64,000 bases of DNA from Eubacteriales bacterium (lineage in GTDB: Bacteria > Bacillota > Clostridia > Oscillospirales > QAKW01), in assembly GCA_045657265.1 (NCBI GenBank), contig JAZOSU010000013.1, positions 74 to 64,073 on the forward strand. Reading direction: 5' to 3'. The position numbers and the translations under genes are program-made. The notes under the pieces are model-generated. The model was given only the letters and a program-made list of their open reading frames with translations. It was not told the origin of the DNA and ran no database searches. This document shows, in pieces, positions 49,836 to 57,390 of the stretch; the first letter of the stretch is position 1; each line of letters begins with the position of its first letter.

Positions 49836-50828
49836 TTAAAGTGAAACAGAATCAATTTCGTCAAGTTCTTGTTTGGTAAAATGCAGATTTTCGGTCATTT
49901 TCAGATTTTCGGTTATCTGCTCAGGTTTTGAAGCTCCGATAAGAACACTTGTTATTCCCTCGTGGCTATAAACCCAGGCAAGTGCCATCTGAGCCAATGT
50001 CTGACCTCTGTTTTTGGCAATTTCATTCAGTTTTTTTACTTTTTCAATTTTTTCCGAAGTAAGTGAGCTTTCTTTTAAAAATCTACCGTCGGTTTTTACG
50101 CGGCTATCCTTAGGAATACCGTTTATATATCTATCAGTAAGCATTCCCTGTGCAAGAGGACTGAAAATTATCATTCCTTTTTTGGCGGAAATTGCACTGT
50201 CTAAAATTCCGTTTTTCTCAACTGTTCTATCAAAAATGGAATATCTGTTCTGATTTATTACAAAAGGACAATGAAGCTCTTCCAATATTGCAGCCGCCTG
50301 TTTCATTGTTTCTCCGTTATAATTGGAAAGTCCCACGTACAAAGCTTTTCCGCTTTTTACAATACTATCAAGCGCCCACATAGTTTCATATAAAGGCGTA
50401 TCGGGGTCCATTCTGTGATGATAGAAAATATCAACGTAGTCAACGTTCATTCTTTTAAGACTCTGTTCAATACTTGCAGTCAGATATTTTTTACTGCCAA
50501 AATCTCCGTATGGTCCGGACCACATATAATATCCCGCTTTGGTACTTATAATCATTTCATCACGATAGTGTTTCATATGAGTATTAAGTATTTTGCCGAA
50601 ATTGGTTTCCGCGCTTCCCTCTTTAGGACCATAATTGTTAGCGAGGTCAAAATGTGTAATTCCATTATCGAAGGCAGTAAAGCACATTTTACACATATTT
50701 TCAAAATCTGCATTATCCCCAAAATTGTGCCACAGACCAAGAGAAACCGCAGGAAGTTTCAGTCCGCTTTCTCCGCATTTTCTATATTCGGCAGACTCAT
50801 ATCGTTTTTCATTTGCAATGTATTCCAT
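49836..50828 (-). CDS. aldo/keto reductase (YghZ-like)
   Basis: 330 aa with GLWHNFG, THFDLANNYG, and the VDIFYHHR pattern. Confidence 0.85.
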   Translation of the reverse strand: MEYIANEKRYESAEYRKCGESGLKLPAVSLGLWHNFGDNADFENMCKMCFTAFDNGITHFDLANNYGPKEGSAETNFGKILNTHMKHYRDEMIISTKAGYYMWSGPYGDFGSKKYLTASIEQSLKRMNVDYVDIFYHHRMDPDTPLYETMWALDSIVKSGKALYVGLSNYNGETMKQAAAILEELHCPFVINQNRYSIFDRTVEKNGILDSAISAKKGMIIFSPLAQGMLTDRYINGIPKDSRVKTDGRFLKESSLTSEKIEKVKKLNEIAKNRGQTLAQMALAWVYSHEGITSVLIGASKPEQITENLKMTENLHFTKQELDEIDSVSL

Positions 50829-50956
50829 AATAAATCCTCAAAATTTAAATATCATTGTTATGATATCATACTGTCTCATATATTACAAGTTATACCCAAA
50901 ACGTAGTTGAGATTTTTTAAAAAGGATAGTATACTGATATACGAGGTGCAAATACT

Positions 50957-51352
50957 ATGAAAAAATTAAAAGGATTGATTATTATGTTTTTTATACTTAG
51001 TATGACAGCATGTCAAAGCGATTTTGACAGAACTTACGTTGACGGATACTGGCAGATTTCCGCACAGGAAGCAAAATTTATTATGGACACAAAAGAAGGT
51101 TATACGATAATAGATGCACGTACCGAGCAAGAATTTGCCGAGGGACATATTGAAAATGCCATATTGATTCCCGAATACGAAATTGCAAACAGGGCAGAAA
51201 ATGAACTACCAGACAAAGATGCTTTGATTCTTGTTTATTGTCGTAGCGGCAGACGAAGTAAAATCGCCTCTAAAGAACTTGCACAGCTCGGATACACCAA
51301 GGTATACGAATTCGGAGGTATAATAGACTGGCCGTATGAAACCGTGAAATAA
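50957..51352 (+). CDS. rhodanese-domain lipoprotein
   Basis: Signal/lipobox ILSMTAC; rhodanese active-site loop CRSGRRS. Confidence 0.8.
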   Translation: MKKLKGLIIMFFILSMTACQSDFDRTYVDGYWQISAQEAKFIMDTKEGYTIIDARTEQEFAEGHIENAILIPEYEIANRAENELPDKDALILVYCRSGRRSKIASKELAQLGYTKVYEFGGIIDWPYETVK

Positions 51353-51434
51353 TGTTTTAAATAAATAAAGGTCATTCAATAACAGCCCAATCGGTCAAAT
51401 TTTTAAATTATTCATTACAGAAATCCGTTTTTAA

Positions 51435-51469
51435 TGAATGATGAATATTGAATAATGAAAAATGAATAA
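51435..51469. repeat. five tandem heptads TGAAWNN (TGAATGA TGAATAT TGAATAA TGAAAAA TGAATAA)
   Basis: Read directly from the sequence. Inverted copies of the AATGAATAAT unit occur at 51408-51417, and an ATTCAAT core at 51374-51380. Confidence 0.6.
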
Positions 51470-51480
51470 TACAAAATCAA

Positions 51481-51508
51481 AAATCCGCCGATTTTCATCA
51501 GCGGATTT
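51481..51508 (-). terminator. terminator of the (now truncated) tRNA-Pro gene
   Basis: AAATCCGC / GCGGATTT hairpin lying 8 nt beyond the tRNA CCA end, followed on the minus strand by TTGATTTTGT. Confidence 0.6.
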
Positions 51509-51515
51509 CCGATTT

Positions 51516-51560
51516 TGGTCGAGGTGACAGGGTTCGAACCTGCGGCATCTAGTTCCCAAA
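51516..51560 (-). tRNA. 3' half of tRNA-Pro (UGG): anticodon loop to CCA only (truncated; probable att site)
   Basis: The minus strand reads TTTGGGA ACTAG ATGCC GCAGG TTCGAAC CCTGT CACCTCG A CCA. The C1:G72-type acceptor and UUUGGGA loop are typical of bacterial tRNA-Pro. The required 5' partners (CTAGT, CGAGGTG) are absent from 51561-51640. Confidence 0.65.
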
Positions 51561-51801
51561 GACGCGAACTAACATCCTTTGGCTGATTATGCGTGTTTTT
51601 GAGTCCATTATGTCGCTTTTAGCGTGCTTTTCCGTCCTATTTGTCCATTGATTCCATCGCTTACTTGCGTGGTTGTGGTCAAATATAGGGTCAAAATACA
51701 ACGACCACTCGAAATCTTTTGAGGATCAGAGTGGTCAATTTCATATTCATTTACCACCATCAGTATAACTCTACAACTGAATAAAGTCAAGTGTTTCTAA
51801 A

Positions 51802-51846
51802 AAGGCGAACTGCTCAATTCAATGAGTGGTTCGCCTTTTTTTATTT
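51802..51846 (+). terminator. terminator-like hairpin just upstream of the first element ORF
   Basis: AAGGCGAAC (51802-51810) / GTTCGCCTT (51829-51837) followed by TTTTTTTATTTT. Confidence 0.5.
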
Positions 51847-51869
51847 TCATCGAAAGGAGGTTTTACAGC

Positions 51870-52607
51870 ATGAGAAAAGACACCAATTTGGAAGGAGTGA
51901 AGTCTATAGCAAAGCAGCTTGTGATGGTGGACTTGTGCCTCACAGAGTATTCGCCTGTGGTGGTTCAGCATCCGTTTACTTCAAGCGGAATGGTTGCGAC
52001 TCCATCTGAAGACGGCATCCGCTTACTCGACATCACAAAGAGCAGTCATGATTTTAGAGAGTGGCAGAATTTCATCAAGGCTCAAATTGACCACGCCCGA
52101 AATGCCTATCACATCTACATGATGACAAACAAGCCGTATGCTCTTACCTTCTTAAAAATGGCGAAACCGTTTCTGTCAAAGCACGACTTCTCGGAAATCC
52201 TCTCTGATGCATGGATACGGTCTGAGAACCCTAACCTCGATGCCAACTTTACTCCGAATAAGTTGTTATCGTTGTTCAAGGATGCAGATCCGCAAATCCT
52301 CATGGACGGTGAAGAACGAGAGCAGCTTGAAGAACTTGATGATACTGTAACCGTGTATAGAGGTGTTACCTCCTACAATGCAGATAACATTAAGGCTTTG
52401 TCGTGGACACTCGATTATAAGACGGCTGAGTGGTTTGCACACCGCTTTGATGAAGACGGAACAGTCTATGAAGCACAAATCCCCAAGCAACACATCTATG
52501 CCTTGTTTAACGGCAGAGGTGAATCAGAAATCATTGTTGATCCGAAACACCTCACTGACATAACCGAATCACAAGGTATGGATACAGGAATGAATTTAAG
52601 TCAGTAA
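51870..52607 (+). CDS. hypothetical protein with C-terminal ADP-ribosyltransferase-like (R-S-E) motif order
   Basis: AAAGGAGG SD 9 nt before the ATG at 51870. The C-terminus has TVTVYRGV ... KALSWTLD ... GRGESEIIVDP in that order. Confidence 0.4.
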   Translation: MRKDTNLEGVKSIAKQLVMVDLCLTEYSPVVVQHPFTSSGMVATPSEDGIRLLDITKSSHDFREWQNFIKAQIDHARNAYHIYMMTNKPYALTFLKMAKPFLSKHDFSEILSDAWIRSENPNLDANFTPNKLLSLFKDADPQILMDGEEREQLEELDDTVTVYRGVTSYNADNIKALSWTLDYKTAEWFAHRFDEDGTVYEAQIPKQHIYALFNGRGESEIIVDPKHLTDITESQGMDTGMNLSQ

Positions 52608-52619
52608 AGGAGAAGACAA

Positions 52620-53198
52620 ATGAAAGAAACCTATAAGGTAAAAGTACCGAAGCACATCAAGGTTGGAGATCCTTGGTATTTCAAACAGTTTTCCGGCAGT
52701 GAGTTGGAACGACTGACCGTTGACAATGATATCCCGTCACATCTGACCGAGGCAAGAGTTACTCTCGAAGCAGAACCCTGCGAGGAAATGCCGGAATTAA
52801 CCATACTCGATATGACGCTCTATATCGCACCTAAGCAAACCATCGATACCTACCTTAGCGGTATGATGTATCCCTCACAGGAAATCAAACCGAAAGAGAT
52901 TGGCGTAGATACCGCCCGATACATTCTCGCCATTGGTGATAAAAGCCAAACCGTATATACAGGTGCTGATGGCGGTTGGGGTTGCTACTCCGAGTTTAAG
53001 CACAAAGACGGCAACAACAAACTGTTTGATGCAATCGTCTTGCAGATCGGTTTTAGTTGCGATTTCGATGACATGGAGAGCATGCGAAAGCGCCTTCACG
53101 AAATGTTCGAAGACGTTGAACAAATCGAAAACTTCGAAGTACCGGACGAAGATGAAGGCGAAGATGAAAATATGAATATTGGAGGTATGTCACAGTGA
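52620..53198 (+). CDS. hypothetical protein, acidic C-terminal tail
   Basis: AAGGAGAAG SD. 192 aa with tail DFDDMESM...FEDVEQIENFEVPDEDEGEDEN. The stop overlaps the next start (GTGA). Confidence 0.5.
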   Translation: MKETYKVKVPKHIKVGDPWYFKQFSGSELERLTVDNDIPSHLTEARVTLEAEPCEEMPELTILDMTLYIAPKQTIDTYLSGMMYPSQEIKPKEIGVDTARYILAIGDKSQTVYTGADGGWGCYSEFKHKDGNNKLFDAIVLQIGFSCDFDDMESMRKRLHEMFEDVEQIENFEVPDEDEGEDENMNIGGMSQ

Positions 53199-54046
53199 TA
53201 AATGCAATTATCAATCACAAAGACAAAACATCAGTGGTCGAATTCCCGATGGATCTGTACACCTTATATCACAGCCTTCATGAGATGGACTACCACGGCG
53301 GCCCCCACAGAGTGAACCTCACCGATAATGAAGAAGACGATATGCGTGTGAAGCTTTATTCCGATAATGACTTTGGAAACCACCTTATCCTTCTTTTCAA
53401 GGAAAGTGATACGCTCGAAGATGTCCACACTGTAGTCGGCGCAATTACCAATGCTCCGGATGAGGTCAAAGAGCAGCTTGAAGAATATATCCTTCACGAT
53501 CAGCTCGACAGCAAGGAAGAATTATATGACCTGCTCACCGAACTGAAGGAAGCTAACGCACCTGTCGTGACCACCTTCTACTGCCCGTTGTCCGGTCAGT
53601 TGAACGATGGCGAATACGATGACATGACCGAAGTGGATGGCAGATTTTTGAGAGATTATATCTCGGAAATCGAAGATGCATTAGACCGTGAACACTCTCC
53701 CGATTTCGAAATCGGTAATTACATTACGGATCATCCCACAGCCGATGCAAAGATCAAGATGGCAAGATGGTCGGTTGAAGAAATTGGCGGTGTGCTCTAC
53801 GGCAGAATCGACTGTCGTTCTGCTGAGGCGTTCACCCCCGAAGAAATCGAAGCTATCAAGGATGGCATATCCGGTCAGAACAGTGATGGTTTCGGTGAAG
53901 GCTTCGAACAGCGTGAAATCCATACGGATGACGGCGACTTGTATGTGTCGTTCTGGCAGTCAGGAAACGATTACTTCGTCCATACTCAAAGCGAGATGGA
54001 TGAGTATATAAATCAAGGCCAAGGCTTAAAGATGGGAGGAATGTAA
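53195..54046 (+). CDS. hypothetical strongly acidic protein (283 aa)
   Basis: GTG start coupled to the upstream stop. My hand count gives about 63 D/E against about 20 K/R. No motif recognised. Confidence 0.5.
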   Translation: MINAIINHKDKTSVVEFPMDLYTLYHSLHEMDYHGGPHRVNLTDNEEDDMRVKLYSDNDFGNHLILLFKESDTLEDVHTVVGAITNAPDEVKEQLEEYILHDQLDSKEELYDLLTELKEANAPVVTTFYCPLSGQLNDGEYDDMTEVDGRFLRDYISEIEDALDREHSPDFEIGNYITDHPTADAKIKMARWSVEEIGGVLYGRIDCRSAEAFTPEEIEAIKDGISGQNSDGFGEGFEQREIHTDDGDLYVSFWQSGNDYFVHTQSEMDEYINQGQGLKMGGM

Positions 54047-54049
54047 TAT

Positions 54050-54397
54050 ATGGCTGTGCTTTTCTCTGCGGTAACCGTTACGGCTATCGCAAAAGGCGAA
54101 CAATTGGAACTTCTTGTCGGTGGAGTTCCAAGAGAGTACGATGACCTTGTAGGTTGGACGGCTTTCGATAATTTCATTGGCGAAATCGATGAGGATATGG
54201 ATATCAGTGTTCACGCAGATGCATACATCTACGGCGAAGGCGAAATATTCAAAGCAACGCCCGAAGAAGTCGCATATTTCTATATGCGAAGAAACGACAA
54301 TGCTGACTTCCTCAATGACAGATGCCAAAACATTGAGAAGGTTGACTTCGACTTCAATTGGTCTACCGATGAATTATTTGGAATGGAGATGAAGTAA
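54050..54397 (+). CDS. hypothetical acidic protein (115 aa)
   Basis: GGGAGGA SD embedded in the upstream gene. About 25 D/E against 8 K/R by hand count. Confidence 0.45.
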   Translation: MAVLFSAVTVTAIAKGEQLELLVGGVPREYDDLVGWTAFDNFIGEIDEDMDISVHADAYIYGEGEIFKATPEEVAYFYMRRNDNADFLNDRCQNIEKVDFDFNWSTDELFGMEMK

Positions 54398-54721
54398 ATG
54401 AGCATTTTTCAGGAATGGGCTGAGTTAGCCAAGGAAAACAAAGCAAAATATCCGCCCGGCACTCGAATCGAACTGATTCAGATGAACGATCCGTTTGCTC
54501 CCGTACCTGCAGGTACTCGTGGTACTGTTAACCACGTGGACGATGCCGGTCAGTTGCATATGCAGTGGGATAACGGTCGTACCCTCGCCCTTGTTTCAGG
54601 TGAAGATGCCTTCAGAAAACTCACTGAAAAAGAACTCGCCGAAGAACAGAAGGCTGAGAAAGAACAGGAAAACAATGAAAATTTGGACGAGGACGAAAGT
54701 GGCCCCGTCATGACGATGTGA
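54398..54721 (+). CDS. DUF4314-domain protein
   Basis: PPGTRIELIQMNDPFAPVPAGTRGTVNHVDDAGQLHMQWDNGRTLALVSGEDAF matches my memory of the DUF4314 pattern found on conjugative elements. It has an acidic/K-rich tail. Confidence 0.55.
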   Translation: MSIFQEWAELAKENKAKYPPGTRIELIQMNDPFAPVPAGTRGTVNHVDDAGQLHMQWDNGRTLALVSGEDAFRKLTEKELAEEQKAEKEQENNENLDEDESGPVMTM

Positions 54722-54760
54722 GGTGAAACGGAAAAATAATAAGTAAAGCTCGGATGCTCT

Positions 54761-55927
54761 ATGGCTATTCGATTTTTTGACATGTTCTCCGGCATCGGCG
54801 GTTTCCGTTCGGGTCTTGAATGGATAGGCGGTTTTGAGTGTATCGGCCATTGCGAAATCGACAAATATGCTAACCAAGCCTACAACGCTATTTACGAACC
54901 GAAAGGAGAACTGTTTTATGAAGATGCAAGAACAATCAACCCCGATAACCTGCCCGATATCGACCTTATATGCGCAGGATTTCCTTGTCAGGCTTTTTCA
55001 ATTGCTGGAAGACGGCAAGGATTTGACGATGCAAGAGGAACTCTCTTCTTTGAAATTGCCCGAATTGCCGCCGTTAAAAGACCTCCATTTTTGCTACTTG
55101 AAAATGTTCCCGGACTCCTATCGCATGACGGCGGGTGGACTTTTGCGACCATCCTCCTTACGCTTTCTGAATTGGGGTACGATGTCACATGGCAAGTGCT
55201 TAACAGCAAGGATTTTGGTGTTCCTCAATCCCGAAAACGAGTGTATATTATCGGATTTCTTAGAGAGCGATGCGCCGGAGAAATATTGGCTTTCAATGAA
55301 GCAAATGTTAAGGCTCTTGCACAACGCATTCCCGGACGCGAAGGTAACCGTGTGTATTCCACAGACGGAGTCGCAATCACCCTTACAAGTAATGCCGGAG
55401 GATTCGGAGGAAAAACCGGACTCTACGAAATAAATACGCCGACCGATGAAGAAACACCCTGTGATTCGCAGGGTGTATTTTTTATCGATATGAACGAAGG
55501 TGCGAAGCTGACGGATACTGCTCGATGCATTACAGCACGGCAAGACTCCGGCATCAGCAAGCACAAAGGCGAACACTCAGGTGTTTTCGTTGAGGATCGC
55601 GCAAGAGCTGTCAACTCTCCCGAAAGAGATACGGTAAGACAGCAAGGCAGACGAATCAAAGAGCCGGACGAGCCGATGTTTACTCTGACAACACAGGATA
55701 AGCACGGCATTATGAGATACGGCAGAGTCAGAAGACTGATGCCGATTGAATGCTTCCGTCTCCAAGGATTCACTGATGAACAATTCAAGAAAGCAGAAGC
55801 TACCGGACTCAAGGACGGACGGCTGTACAAGATGGCAGGTAACGCAGTAAGTGTACCTGTCATTTCTGCTTTGGGAATGTTCATCAAATCAATCGCAGAC
55901 AAACACAATATTGGAGGTGAAAACTGA
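54761..55927 (+). CDS. dcm: DNA (cytosine-5)-methyltransferase, orphan
   Basis: Motif I FDMFSGIGGF, motif IV GFPCQAFS, motif VI LLENVPGL, motif VIII QSRKRVYIIG, motif X GNAVSVPV. Confidence 0.9.
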   Translation: MAIRFFDMFSGIGGFRSGLEWIGGFECIGHCEIDKYANQAYNAIYEPKGELFYEDARTINPDNLPDIDLICAGFPCQAFSIAGRRQGFDDARGTLFFEIARIAAVKRPPFLLLENVPGLLSHDGGWTFATILLTLSELGYDVTWQVLNSKDFGVPQSRKRVYIIGFLRERCAGEILAFNEANVKALAQRIPGREGNRVYSTDGVAITLTSNAGGFGGKTGLYEINTPTDEETPCDSQGVFFIDMNEGAKLTDTARCITARQDSGISKHKGEHSGVFVEDRARAVNSPERDTVRQQGRRIKEPDEPMFTLTTQDKHGIMRYGRVRRLMPIECFRLQGFTDEQFKKAEATGLKDGRLYKMAGNAVSVPVISALGMFIKSIADKHNIGGEN

Positions 55928-57204
55928 TGTTGACTAAGAAAGTTATGACTCTTGAATTATCAAGGGAAAACCAATTCTCCGATGGATACTTGTATAGATC
56001 CCTCGAACTTCCTGCACAAGAGTATGAAATCAGGGATGCATTACAGCAGCTCCGTCAGAGAAGTGCAGACATTACGCCCGATCAGATCGAAATCTATAAC
56101 AGCGTGTATATTCCGCAGCTTGAAGATAAACGGTTCGACAGTCCTACGATTGATGAACTGAACTTCTTTGCCAAGCGACTTGCAGCTATGGACGAGAACG
56201 ATATGGCGATTATGCAAGCACTATGCTCCCGTTATATCAAGGATGATGACGAACTCGTTAGCATCAAGGATCTCATCAATATGACATACGGATTGGACAG
56301 CGTGTCTGTCCTTTCCAATGTCACAAACGATGAGCAACTTGCAGACTTCGTTATTGAAAACGAGATGCAAGATGATGTAGCAAGCGTTCCCGAAAATGCA
56401 CGATACCTGTTGGACAAAGCGAGAATCGGTAAGTTGCAGCGTGAAATGGACGGTGGCGTGTACAGTGGCAAGTTCTATGTATGCACCGATCATTTCGAGA
56501 TGCCGAAGGTGTATGACGGCAAGACCTTGCCCGAATCAACGCATGAACCGTGGTTTGCTTTCAGATTGCAGGTTGCACAGGCACCGCAAAGCGATGAACC
56601 CTTCGCAGAACCTGTCGAATGGATATCTCTTCCGATGACGGATGAAGCGATGAAAGAGGTAGCAAAACGGCACAATGCATCAAGTCTCAAAGACCTTGTG
56701 TACTACGATTTTGAGTCGAGTGTACCTCAGATCACAACGGATGATTTCACGCAGATGCTCGATATTGAAAAGTTGAATGCATTAGCTTTCACTATGGCTG
56801 AGATGTCGCCGGATGAACAGATTACGTTCAAGGCAGCACTCGAAGCTGAAAGAAAACACGGCATTAACCTTGACGATATTTTGAACATCTCAAACAACCT
56901 GCACCGTTATGAGATGAATACCAACTGCGAAGGTGCTTCTGACTTCTTCAAGCAGTATCTGCTCACGCACATGGATACCAAGTTCGATGATCGTTGGCTG
57001 GATCCTCTTGTCTACCGCCGTGAAGGTAGCAGATTGCTTGAAAAGCTCGGTGCTACTGTAACGGACTACGGCATTATCTCCTCTGCCGGTGGCTCACTTT
57101 ATAAGCTCGTTTCCTACGATTCCGATGAATCTGAAACGGAAGATATTGCTCCCGATGAGGACGAGGACTTGGGCGAAGATGAAGGGATGGTGATGAGTTT
57201 ATGA
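55927..57204 (+). CDS. ArdA-like antirestriction protein, apparently two ArdA-like modules in tandem
   Basis: Residues ~20-200 align by eye with Tn916 ArdA (..LELPAQEYEI.., TIDELNFFAKRL, VPENARYLLDKARIGKL...GGVYSGKFYV). Residues ~230-400 repeat the pattern (LPMTDEAMKEV.., DIEKLNALAFTM, ..DYGIIS). The tail is acidic. The start overlaps the dcm stop (TGATG). Confidence 0.5.
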   Translation: MLTKKVMTLELSRENQFSDGYLYRSLELPAQEYEIRDALQQLRQRSADITPDQIEIYNSVYIPQLEDKRFDSPTIDELNFFAKRLAAMDENDMAIMQALCSRYIKDDDELVSIKDLINMTYGLDSVSVLSNVTNDEQLADFVIENEMQDDVASVPENARYLLDKARIGKLQREMDGGVYSGKFYVCTDHFEMPKVYDGKTLPESTHEPWFAFRLQVAQAPQSDEPFAEPVEWISLPMTDEAMKEVAKRHNASSLKDLVYYDFESSVPQITTDDFTQMLDIEKLNALAFTMAEMSPDEQITFKAALEAERKHGINLDDILNISNNLHRYEMNTNCEGASDFFKQYLLTHMDTKFDDRWLDPLVYRREGSRLLEKLGATVTDYGIISSAGGSLYKLVSYDSDESETEDIAPDEDEDLGEDEGMVMSL

Positions 57205-57341
57205 CCGAACTTGCGTGGCTCATTACCGGACTTCTGCTTGGCGGTTGTATCGGAATCACCCTCATGTGCTGTCTGCAGCTCAATCGTATCAACGCCTACG
57301 AAGCGGAGATACAAAAGCTGAAAGAGCAAATCAAGAAATAA
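57201..57341 (+). CDS. small single-pass membrane protein (46 aa)
   Basis: MTELAWLITGLLLGGCIGITLMCCLQLNRINAYEAEIQKLKEQIKK. ATGA overlap with the upstream stop. Not in the supplied ORF track because it is under 60 aa. Confidence 0.4.
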   Translation: MTELAWLITGLLLGGCIGITLMCCLQLNRINAYEAEIQKLKEQIKK

Positions 57342-57348
57342 GTAAAAC

Positions 57349-57390
57349 AACGGTGTCTTTCAAAATGAAGGACACCGTTCCTTTGTTTTG
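57349..57390 (+). terminator. rho-independent terminator
   Basis: AACGGTGTC (57349-57357) / GACACCGTT (57371-57379) followed by CCTTTGTTTTG. Confidence 0.6.
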
